Positions 1 through 7,555 of a stretch of 64,000 nucleotides of DNA are shown here, one piece after another; positions within the stretch are counted from its first letter, which is position 1; the number at the start of each line of letters is the position of its first letter. The notes beneath the pieces were generated by a model. The model searched no databases. It was given only the letters and a program-made list of their open reading frames with translations, and was not told the DNA's origin. The DNA comes from a virus. Its lineage: Duplodnaviria > Caudoviricetes. Both the position numbers and the translations under genes were made by a program. The DNA is taken from IMG/VR virus record IMGVR_UViG_3300030419_006251, positions 96,001-160,000 of that record; one strand, written 5' to 3'.

Positions 1-1491
1 TTCTATTCTGCTAAGACCATTTAAGCTCTGTGTTGCTCCCACTGCCTGATCGGTACATTCAAAGTTGACATCAGTTTTAGCTTCTAGCGTTTCTTCACCT
101 TTTAACCTCTTGACATACTTTTCTGATATTCGACTAATCTTATAGGACTTTTCACCAATGGAGATATCAATTTCTCCCATGCACGATTGTCTATTTTGAT
201 TAATAACATTAAGGTTTTTGCGTTCATTTTTAGAAGTCGAGTTAAACATAGTGTAGAGAATAGAATCAATAATACTACTCTTTCCGCTATAATTCTTGCC
301 GAAGATTCCAACAACACCGTTAAGTTTAGAAAAGTCAATTATATTGCCTTTTCCGTAATTAAACAGGTTGTCCCACTTTACCGAATTCAACTTCCAATTA
401 ACATTTCTGCTAACTTCTTCCTCCTGTTCCGCTAACTGATTATATTTGCCATTTAGCGATAATACGCGCTCCATAAGAGCTTCGCCAACCTCATAATCCT
501 TCAAATACTCACGCATTAGTTTTTCTTGTACGGCAGTATCACGAAGATTTTCTTTAACAATTGTGTTTGTTAAAGAATCCACGCTTCCTCGCTGTCCAGA
601 AGCCCTATTTAAAAATGTGATAGCTTCGGGGCGGAAGCGATGCTTTGCAATGTCAACGGCGCGCCTCATGCGAGCTAGAGGAAGGTTATTGTTCGAAACA
701 AGCCTTAATCGAGCCCCCTTGGGAATCTTTGTACCCTTTGGAAGCCGGCCTTTTGGAGTTAGCTCGATAGTAACAAATGGCTTTGGATTTTTAAAAGCAA
801 CATGCTCACATGTGAAATTATCTTTATCTTGAATGTCCCACAATAACAGGCCCTTGTCATTCGTTTCGCCATGATTTTGCTGAATTGTGCTTCCGGGGTA
901 CCGAATTCGACCTTCTCGGTCTAAAGCCTGATTTGTTTTGTGAATATCGCCCAAAAAAGCAAAATCAAACTGTTTGAAAATAGAGACATTATGTTCTCCA
1001 TGTTCCATAACCCATCCAATATCGGTCTTAACTCCGGAAATTGAGCCATGATATAGCGCAATATTGATCTTATCTGGATCTGATGGTTCACACCAATTAT
1101 CTTCATCAAAAACAGATAATACATTTAAACAGAATTTGCCATTTAAATCAGTCTCGCCAGAATTCTTCAATAAATATAAGTCTGGTAGACTGAGTGCTTC
1201 CACAATTGGCGTTAATGCATCTTGTCTACTGCTATTTTTAAGATTACCATCGTGATTTCCCAAGATAATATATGTTGGCGCGATAGCTGCTAAATTACGA
1301 AAAAACTCCGAGCACATTTCGACAAATTCTGGCGAGATCTGTGTCTTTGTATGAGCAATATCTCCGCAATGAACAATATAATCTACCTTTTCTTCTTTTA
1401 GTTTCTCATATAGTTGTTCAAAAATTACGCGATATTCGTAATGGTATTTTAAATTTTTTATGTGCGTATCCGCAATGTGCGCGAACTTCAA
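1..1491 (-). CDS. Mre11/SbcD-like metallophosphoesterase fused to Rad50/SbcC-like ATPase (C-terminal part lies beyond the window edge)
   Basis: Absent from the ORF track; translated by hand. TTG start at 1491, preceded by an in-frame TGA and an AAGGGTGA SD-like site; no stop down to base 1. Phosphoesterase motifs: FAHIADTH, VHCGDIAH, LGNHD, LYHG, LGDIH, YPGS. After a linker comes the Rad50/SbcC start NWKLNSVKWDNLFNYG and Walker A GIFGKNYSGKSSII (~280-310). Confidence 0.9.
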   Translation of the reverse strand, partial: MKFAHIADTHIKNLKYHYEYRVIFEQLYEKLKEEKVDYIVHCGDIAHTKTQISPEFVEMCSEFFRNLAAIAPTYIILGNHDGNLKNSSRQDALTPIVEALSLPDLYLLKNSGETDLNGKFCLNVLSVFDEDNWCEPSDPDKINIALYHGSISGVKTDIGWVMEHGEHNVSIFKQFDFAFLGDIHKTNQALDREGRIRYPGSTIQQNHGETNDKGLLLWDIQDKDNFTCEHVAFKNPKPFVTIELTPKGRLPKGTKIPKGARLRLVSNNNLPLARMRRAVDIAKHRFRPEAITFLNRASGQRGSVDSLTNTIVKENLRDTAVQEKLMREYLKDYEVGEALMERVLSLNGKYNQLAEQEEEVSRNVNWKLNSVKWDNLFNYGKGNIIDFSKLNGVVGIFGKNYSGKSSIIDSILYTMFNSTSKNERKNLNVINQNRQSCMGEIDISIGEKSYKISRISEKYVKRLKGEETLEAKTDVNFECTDQAVGATQSLNGLSRIE

Positions 1492-1501
1492 GTGTCACCC
1501 C

Positions 1502-1711
1502 TTAGTATACTGGATGATCCCAATGATCCCAGTTGTTGGTCTTTTGGCGAAGCTCTTTTTCTCTCTGACGCTGATATTCTCTGACCTCGCTCTTAAGCTT
1601 GTTTCGGTCTTCCATCATAAATCCAGAGAATATTCCAAACAAATACACTGCTGCATAGCTACAAATTAACGCAAACAGCAAGCTTGGATGCATTGTCTCA
1701 ATAGTATTCAA
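1502..1711 (-). CDS. Small hypothetical membrane protein (one hydrophobic helix, then a charged helix)
   Basis: TTG start with AAGGTG 4 nt upstream; hydrophobic LLFALICSYAAVYLFGIFSGFMM; sits behind a sigma70-like promoter. Confidence 0.65.
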   Translation of the reverse strand: MNTIETMHPSLLFALICSYAAVYLFGIFSGFMMEDRNKLKSEVREYQRQREKELRQKTNNWDHWDHPVY

Positions 1712-1727
1712 ACTTCACCTTATATCA

Positions 1728-1756
1728 AATGTAACACATGTGGTAAAATCTGTCAA
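1728..1756 (-). promoter_or_regulatory. Sigma70-like promoter (early/middle)
   Basis: Minus strand: TTGACA (1751-1756), 17-nt spacer, TACATT (1728-1733), in the 1712-1764 intergenic gap. Confidence 0.75.
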
Positions 1757-1764
1757 GACTTTTC

Positions 1765-2079
1765 TTATATGTATATCCCTAGTTTGTGCATCATCTGATG
1801 CATCGCTTCCCAAACAGATTCAGGCAAATGTCCGGCTTCGTGAGCTTCTACTACAAGATGATAAGCATCTTGGTATTGCTCTCTTTCTGCGCGAGTGAGT
1901 TCTACTTCTAATTGTTCTTTGATCGTCAGTTTGTCAAGCTCTTCTGCTACAAGCTGCTTAAGTTCAAAGCCTTTTACTTTAATTTTCGCTTCGTTCTTTT
2001 CCTTTTCTTCCCAATCGTTAGCCATTTCAGGCTCGTTGGCATGCATCCATCTTCTTTGTTTTTCAGATTTGAATGGCAT
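1765..2079 (-). CDS. Hypothetical protein, putative head-internal protein (MPFKSEKQRRWMHANEPE; internal LKQLVAEEL motif)
   Basis: ORF coupled to the upstream gene by TAATG; carries the motif shared across the 1.7-4.8 kb cluster. Confidence 0.75.
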   Translation of the reverse strand: MPFKSEKQRRWMHANEPEMANDWEEKEKNEAKIKVKGFELKQLVAEELDKLTIKEQLEVELTRAEREQYQDAYHLVVEAHEAGHLPESVWEAMHQMMHKLGIYI

Positions 2080-2765
2080 TATTTATCAAGCCCTTTTCCG
2101 CCCGTAGTTCCATCGAGAAGGGCCTGCAACTGCCCTAGGGCGCCCTCTGCATCTCCTTGCTTCAGCTTGCGCACAGCCTCCTCTACGGTCGATCTAAGCA
2201 CATCTTCGTAGGAAGGTTCTCCCATACTGGGATCATGTATAATGTCTTGACCACCAAGCTGGGCCATGGCGCTTTGACCTTGTTCTGTTAAATAATAAAG
2301 CTCTTCAGAAATAATACTTGAAAGCGATTGTTTTGTGAATTTGACTTTTCTATGCTCTCCAAGTCCAATTGCTACCGGCTGAGAAGGCATCAGTTCATAT
2401 TCCAGAAAGCTTCGGACAGAGTTAAGATAATCGGAGGCTTTCGTTAATTTAGACTGGACCCATGCTTGTAATTCGTCGTCCTCACTCACCAATCCTTTGA
2501 GCATACCGGCATTTTGCATAATCTGCTGTAGTTGTGATAAGGCCATTCTTCCTTCGTGATCATGATGATCATCAGACATAGACATATCGCCGCTTCCAGC
2601 ATATGAGGGGTGCTGTACTGCCGGTCCGTGTCCCATTGAGCCGTGTCCCATGTCCGGCATCATTTCTACATGACCTTGCATTGACATGTCGCCGCAGCCA
2701 CCCTCGGCTAATCTTGCTTTTTCTTCAGCAATAAGCTGTTTAAGTTGTGTTTTTGTGATTTTCAT
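2079..2765 (-). CDS. Hypothetical protein, putative head-internal protein with MKITKTQLKQLIAEE leader and DHEGxMA...WVQSK domain
   Basis: 228 aa; leader at the N-terminus and a second copy inside (KVKFTKQSLSSIISEEL); Met/Gly/His-rich stretch. Confidence 0.8.
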   Translation of the reverse strand: MKITKTQLKQLIAEEKARLAEGGCGDMSMQGHVEMMPDMGHGSMGHGPAVQHPSYAGSGDMSMSDDHHDHEGRMALSQLQQIMQNAGMLKGLVSEDDELQAWVQSKLTKASDYLNSVRSFLEYELMPSQPVAIGLGEHRKVKFTKQSLSSIISEELYYLTEQGQSAMAQLGGQDIIHDPSMGEPSYEDVLRSTVEEAVRKLKQGDAEGALGQLQALLDGTTGGKGLDK

Positions 2766-3038
2766 TTTCTATTCCCCTAATCCGTAATCTCGGCAAGGTT
2801 CGGCATGTCGTCTACCCACAAGCTTACCGCCCATTGCTTCATCAGCGGCCCTTAACGCGTCTTCGGCTTCCTGCGGCCAGTAGTTTTTCATTTTTTGACA
2901 ATCTTCGCCTGCCTCTATGAAAGCCTTCCTCTTTGCTTCCATCAGCTTGTGATAGTCGGAAGGGGGCGGTGCCATCGTTTTTTCAAGCTCTTCCTTGATA
3001 ATCTGCCTGAGTTGTGATTTTGTGATTTTCATTTTCTA
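2743..3038. repeat. Dispersed 29-bp direct repeat (2743-2771 and 3010-3038; 28/29 identical) spanning TAGAAA plus the start of two leader-bearing genes
   Basis: agttgtg(t/a)ttttgtgattttcattttcta read at both positions. Confidence 0.9.
2769..3032 (-). CDS. Hypothetical protein with MKITKSQLRQIIKEEL leader
   Basis: 87 aa; ATGA overlap with the upstream gene; leader nearly identical in DNA to that of 2079..2765. Confidence 0.75.
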   Translation of the reverse strand: MKITKSQLRQIIKEELEKTMAPPPSDYHKLMEAKRKAFIEAGEDCQKMKNYWPQEAEDALRAADEAMGGKLVGRRHAEPCRDYGLGE

Positions 3039-4477
3039 TGAGTCCCATAAGGTTTTAGAGCAACATCTCTCATTCTTTTAAAAGGATCTTGGGATTCTTT
3101 CATTTTTTTGCTGGGGCCGGTTTGACTTTCATACAAATCTCGCCTTGGTGGAGCGCTTGCGCCTCCAGGAGGCCGGTTATGGACTGGATGGCCACCGGGG
3201 GGCGGTTGATATCCGTCATAATAATTCTGACTAGGGTCAGTGGAAGACAGGCCCCAAACCATAGGTGAAGTTTGGCCTTTGGGTACGCGCTGGTGAAATT
3301 CCACGCGGTTTCCAACTTGAGTGGGAATGATGGCCGATCTGTATCCCCCGCCGGCCGGAACATCGTCAATATGAATACAACCTCCCGGACGGTCGGCGCA
3401 ATGGGCAGGTGCGTCCGGCCGGACTGGCTCGGACTCAGATGCCGCTGACAATCTGGCCATACAATCCATCATACTCTCTCCGGGCATGTTGTCATCCGGA
3501 CACCTGAAGCCCGGGCCATTCTCATTGATTATCTGCATAATCGCTTCCACAATCTCGTCTGATGTGGGCTCGACTTGCTCACTGACCCATCTCCCGGTTG
3601 CCTTGTTTGCAACATCTGATCGCTCAAACTTGCCAGCTTTTGTATTTGGACCATGCTCTTGATTCTTTTTGCCTCGATTCTTTTTGGCGCCCATATCTGT
3701 GGCCTGGTTTGCAATGTCTGCTCGATCTATCTTACCAGCCTTTGTATTTGGGCCGTGACCTTTGGTGTTCTTATTTTTCTTTTGCGGAGCGCCTAAATCT
3801 TTAACCTGATTTGCGATATCTGTTCGGTCCATCTTGCCGGCCTTCGCACTAGGTCCATTTCTTTTGCTCGCTTCGCCTAATAAGCTTATAAATTCTTGTT
3901 TAATGATCTTATTTAACGATCCATATGATCCATAGTATCCGTCGCCTACAGGAGCAGGAACATGCCTTCTCTCATAGAGATCTCGCTTAGCGCCGGATAC
4001 ACTAGTCGTCTTCGCCCCTTTCAGGCCTAGGCCTTCAAGTTCTTTTCTACTTCCATAGTAACCTCTAACCATATCATCGTATAAGTCTTGCGCCGGGCTT
4101 TCACCGCGTGTGGCGCCACTTGTCCAGTCCTTGTCGCCGTAGCGAGAATCATCGAAGAACATGAGTTCATAGTTAAACCCCTCGGGATTCAATTCATGAA
4201 ATCTTTCGACAGCCTGTCGGGGAGAAAACTCTCCTTCATGGCCGGCCGGTATATAGGTTCGTTCGCCGCCCGGAAATGGCATGTCAACCCAGGGCAGATC
4301 AGGCATAAGATTCCACAAAGGACCATATACTTGCTGATCGAAGGTGTTAACCGGATCCGCTTGTTGTTGGGCCGGATCCGCTTGTTGTTGGGCCGGATCC
4401 GCTTCTTGTTGTTCGTTCAGAAAATATCTTGCGTTTATTCCCTTCTTGTTTTTTGTTGGTTTGCCCCATCTACTCAT
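3029..4477 (-). CDS. Mosaic low-complexity hypothetical protein (482 aa) with internal repeats; putative head-internal protein
   Basis: Long open frame; QQQADPA repeats, three 34-aa basic repeats, Cys/Pro-rich C-terminal part; several (L/I)xE motifs. Confidence 0.75.
   Translation of the reverse strand: MSRWGKPTKNKKGINARYFLNEQQEADPAQQQADPAQQQADPVNTFDQQVYGPLWNLMPDLPWVDMPFPGGERTYIPAGHEGEFSPRQAVERFHELNPEGFNYELMFFDDSRYGDKDWTSGATRGESPAQDLYDDMVRGYYGSRKELEGLGLKGAKTTSVSGAKRDLYERRHVPAPVGDGYYGSYGSLNKIIKQEFISLLGEASKRNGPSAKAGKMDRTDIANQVKDLGAPQKKNKNTKGHGPNTKAGKIDRADIANQATDMGAKKNRGKKNQEHGPNTKAGKFERSDVANKATGRWVSEQVEPTSDEIVEAIMQIINENGPGFRCPDDNMPGESMMDCMARLSAASESEPVRPDAPAHCADRPGGCIHIDDVPAGGGYRSAIIPTQVGNRVEFHQRVPKGQTSPMVWGLSSTDPSQNYYDGYQPPPGGHPVHNRPPGGASAPPRRDLYESQTGPSKKMKESQDPFKRMRDVALKPYGTHRK
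3595..3856 (-). repeat. Degenerate 102-bp (34-aa) tandem repeat, about 2.6 copies (GPxxKAGKxDRxDIANQ...)
   Basis: The GP motifs start at 3856, 3754 and 3652, exactly 102 bp apart. Confidence 0.9.
4351..4404 (-). repeat. 21-bp perfect tandem repeat, about 2.6 copies, encoding QQQADPA
   Basis: ccggatccgcttgttgttggg at 4351-4371 and 4372-4392, partial copy 4393-4404. Confidence 0.95.
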
Positions 4478-4821
4478 CAGTATTGTTCTCCTTGTTCAAA
4501 ATCGCGAAATTCATCTTCTATTATAGTAGGTAAATCTACAAAACTAGGCAAATTCAAGCCTTCAATAAAGTTGCTAGCTGCAGAATCAATAACATCTGCA
4601 ACTTCTTTATACGCTGATTCTTTATTGAAAGATGGGTGCTCTTTATATTCGTCAATTACTGCAAAAGATAGATCTCGCATTGCTTGCTGCAACTTTTCAA
4701 TTAAGTCATCGTACCCGCGATTCATGTCTTCTGGGTAGTAGTCATCGGCCGGCGGCTCATTCTGCTCTCTTAGCAATTCTTCGCTTATGAGCTGTCGCAA
4801 CCTATTTATAGTTGTCTTCAC
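4477..4821 (-). CDS. Hypothetical acidic protein with MKTTINRLRQLISEEL leader
   Basis: GTG start with AAGGAG upstream; TGATG overlap with the downstream gene. Confidence 0.8.
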   Translation of the reverse strand: MKTTINRLRQLISEELLREQNEPPADDYYPEDMNRGYDDLIEKLQQAMRDLSFAVIDEYKEHPSFNKESAYKEVADVIDSAASNFIEGLNLPSFVDLPTIIEDEFRDFEQGEQY

Positions 4822-4840
4822 TGATATGACTCCTTTTATT

Positions 4841-5779
4841 TTAGATCTGCATTAATGCTTTCTTCAATAAATAGTCGCCTTGTGTGATAAAAGTTGCATT
4901 TTCTTTTCGTTCTTTAAACCTTTCCTTTGTCATTACCCCAACATCTTCATATCCTGTTGTATCAACTTTATATGTCTCAATCCCATATTTTAATAAAAGG
5001 TTAATAATTTTGGCCTCTTTTTTCTCTGCGTCGGCGTCGAGAGCTAAATAAACGGGCGTATCGTTTTTAACTATTTTATGAAAAAGCTTTGAGTTTTCGC
5101 GGAGCGTAGAACCAAGCAACGGAATTGCGTTTGGGCCTGCCTGTATTGCATCAAATATGCCCTCTGTAATGACCAAATCATCATCCCAATCAATATACAA
5201 CTCATTAAAGCAAATATCGCGAGAAACTGGTGGGTTTTTATACCTTTTTGGACTCTTGTTGTAAGATCTGGCGACAAAATAGTTAACATAACCCTCTTCA
5301 TTAAAACTGGGAATCACAATTCTTCCTGCATATGCTCCCTTTACACAATATCCGATCTTCCAGTGCAGAATATCTCTTTTAGAAATATCTCTTTTGGTTA
5401 AATACTTTAATGCCGAGAGAGCCGTAAACGGAGTTGAGCCATTGGCCAACGATTCAAATTCTTCCGGTAGCCTGATCTTCTGCTCTTGTTGCTTAACTTC
5501 ATCTTTTCCAAACAACACTCTGTCAAACTTGTTGATGTCGACTGTATTAGAAAGCTCGTCCCACCTCTGAAGCTGTTTATAATCTCCATATCGGCGTACA
5601 ATGCGGCGGATATCGCGGCCTGTTGTGTCGCAAACCCAGCATTTAAACACATTTTTCGCAAAATTAATAGACATTTTACGCTTTTCATGTTTGCAATACG
5701 GACAGAAAAATAGCACCTCATCATTTGATTTAAAGCTATTTCCTAAAATTTTAGTAATGATTTTGATTTTTTCATGCAT
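4841..5779 (-). CDS. DNA primase (zinc finger + TOPRIM; DnaG/T4 gp61-like)
   Basis: N-terminal CPYC..H..CWVC zinc-binding motif; RIVIP, YKNPP, ITEGIFDA and LALDADAE TOPRIM motifs. Confidence 0.9.
   Translation of the reverse strand: MHEKIKIITKILGNSFKSNDEVLFFCPYCKHEKRKMSINFAKNVFKCWVCDTTGRDIRRIVRRYGDYKQLQRWDELSNTVDINKFDRVLFGKDEVKQQEQKIRLPEEFESLANGSTPFTALSALKYLTKRDISKRDILHWKIGYCVKGAYAGRIVIPSFNEEGYVNYFVARSYNKSPKRYKNPPVSRDICFNELYIDWDDDLVITEGIFDAIQAGPNAIPLLGSTLRENSKLFHKIVKNDTPVYLALDADAEKKEAKIINLLLKYGIETYKVDTTGYEDVGVMTKERFKERKENATFITQGDYLLKKALMQI
4868..4875 (-). promoter_or_regulatory. Candidate late promoter ACTATTTA upstream of the leader-protein cluster
   Basis: Matches the (A)CTA(A/T)TTA motif seen before structural genes; lies inside the primase 3' end, 46 nt before the GTG at 4821. 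Confidence 0.35.
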
Positions 5780-5785
5780 GCTATT

Positions 5786-5814
5786 AATATAGCCTTATTG
5801 GTGCGAATTGTCAA
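5786..5814 (-). promoter_or_regulatory. Sigma70-like promoter, predicted to give a leaderless primase mRNA
   Basis: Minus strand: TTGACA (5809-5814), 17 nt, TATATT (5786-5791), 6 nt, ATG (5779). Confidence 0.75.
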
Positions 5815-6322
5815 GTCTAATTCCACCAAGCGCAACAATTACAGCATCAGCCCTATCATCTGTACCGGGTTGTGGATTTCCATGTCTAGTATATTCAAAT
5901 TTAAACTGATCTTTGTATTCGTCTTTGACCCATTCAATAATGATTTTTTTGGCATTTGTGCCGCGTGGGACTTTTATATTTAACTTAGATCTTGCAGAAC
6001 GAGGATTTACCATAGTTGGTTGCATGTCAAAAACTCTATAAGCAATATATGCACACATTCCATTAAATCTTTGCAGCTTTGCCATCGTTTGAGCGGTAGT
6101 TTTGCCGCCCTTGAACATCATAGCCGGTTGTTCAATATATACACTATATGGCACATACGCTTTTTCAATTTCGCGTAGGCGCTTTTCGAATTTGTTTGCG
6201 CGTTCTTCAAGGCTTATATTAGTTTTGAATTTAATCACTTCGCTTAATAGAATATTTTCATCTTTATCTAATACAGCGATACCAATCTTTGAAGAACTTA
6301 TATCAAGTCCTATTGTTTCCAT
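5795..6322 (-). CDS. RuvC-like Holliday junction resolvase
   Basis: RNase H-fold acidic residues in the RuvC pattern: IGLDIS, VYIEQP, DDRADAVIVA; 175 aa. Confidence 0.8.
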   Translation of the reverse strand: METIGLDISSSKIGIAVLDKDENILLSEVIKFKTNISLEERANKFEKRLREIEKAYVPYSVYIEQPAMMFKGGKTTAQTMAKLQRFNGMCAYIAYRVFDMQPTMVNPRSARSKLNIKVPRGTNAKKIIIEWVKDEYKDQFKFEYTRHGNPQPGTDDRADAVIVALGGIRLDNSHQ

Positions 6323-7522
6323 CTAAAAATCTAATTTTAATTTAAAAGTATACTCTTGATCTTCTTTCTTTTTAACAGGTGTGGCTAGGTTTGCAACGCC
6401 AATCAAATTTTTGTCTTCATCATATATACCAATTTTTGTTATGTATGTCTGTCTTTCGAAATTTGACTCTTCATAATCATAATAAGAAGAAGATACCGTA
6501 TTTTTTATCAACATATCTGGGCTTTCCTGAAATTGATATGAACTGGTAGTTGGGTTGAGAGAACCCGTTTGTCCATATACTAAAAATGTTGGATTATTTG
6601 AATAGTTTAACTCTCCTACCTCGGCATGTGCCAACATAGTCAACACTGGAGTGTATGTTGTTCCGCTAAAATGTAGATCATAACTTGCGCTGATAATTGG
6701 AGGGTTTGCCCCTGCGGCAGATACTCCATCATTTGCGCCGGTACCCCAAAAAATCCACGACGATTTCTTCAAATTAGTAGAATCATCGATGTAATCTCTT
6801 TCTATTGTTGAGTCGTTCTCTATGGTCCAGGCACCGGTTAAGACTAAGAACCCTTCACTATAAAGTACTACGCCGGCGACGGATGCAGATCCTGGGGAAC
6901 CCACCGGACCGACTTGAATCAGTTCACCATTTTTGTTTTCATCTCGTAGTTCCCCAATAAGTGTACCAGTCATATAATATTTTAAACTTACTGAGCCTTT
7001 TTGTATAGCTGAACCATAAAAAATAGACGGTATGCTGATTAAGGAAAGATCTTGTGTATCCTTGTCTCCATAGCTAGATGAGTACTGATAATGTGGACTC
7101 AACGGTCTATAGTGATTTAGTGTGTTTTTCAACGCCTTAATATGCTTACGCGCGGTGTCAACAATATAATCCCTTCTTATACTAGCAGAGAGGGGATAGT
7201 CTCCAGAAATAGTGTCGCCATAGCCAAAATCGCTGTTAAAAGAGGTCGTAGATACCGTCTTAAATGCGCTCAAAGAACCATCTTTTGTTATAAAAGGATA
7301 TATTATCCCAGTATCAGAAGTGGTGCGATCTACATTAAGTTCGTATAAACTAATGGTACCGGGGCCCTGAGCGCTGTTTGGCGTAAAATCAGTAAACGCG
7401 CCAGAAATCGGTATTTCTTTATTATAATATATGCTCCCACTGTGTATAAAGAATTCACATGATGGGTGTGCCTTTATAACATTTCGAAATATATCATTTT
7501 GTTTGAATTTGTAAATCGGCAT
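6323..7522 (-). CDS. Virion tail/baseplate structural protein, paralogue of 7556..8716
   Basis: Shares IQKGS, GxxxYxxGxxV, NYSxNPT and the C-terminal YITKIGIYDEDKNLIGVANLATPVKK...KLDF motif with its neighbour; located in the baseplate operon. Confidence 0.65.
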   Translation of the reverse strand: MPIYKFKQNDIFRNVIKAHPSCEFFIHSGSIYYNKEIPISGAFTDFTPNSAQGPGTISLYELNVDRTTSDTGIIYPFITKDGSLSAFKTVSTTSFNSDFGYGDTISGDYPLSASIRRDYIVDTARKHIKALKNTLNHYRPLSPHYQYSSSYGDKDTQDLSLISIPSIFYGSAIQKGSVSLKYYMTGTLIGELRDENKNGELIQVGPVGSPGSASVAGVVLYSEGFLVLTGAWTIENDSTIERDYIDDSTNLKKSSWIFWGTGANDGVSAAGANPPIISASYDLHFSGTTYTPVLTMLAHAEVGELNYSNNPTFLVYGQTGSLNPTTSSYQFQESPDMLIKNTVSSSYYDYEESNFERQTYITKIGIYDEDKNLIGVANLATPVKKKEDQEYTFKLKLDF

Positions 7523-7529
7523 CTCATTT

Positions 7530-7537
7530 TAATTAGT
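7530..7537 (-). promoter_or_regulatory. Candidate late promoter ACTAATTA
   Basis: ATACTAATTA in the 7523-7555 intergenic gap; identical 10-mer at 9691-9700. Confidence 0.5.
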
Positions 7538-7555
7538 ATATGTTTAAAGATCCGA

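Noticed and set aside
102-1124. Minus-strand track ORFs 102..338 and 921..1124
   Set aside because: Out-of-frame fragments inside the Mre11-Rad50 fusion reading frame.
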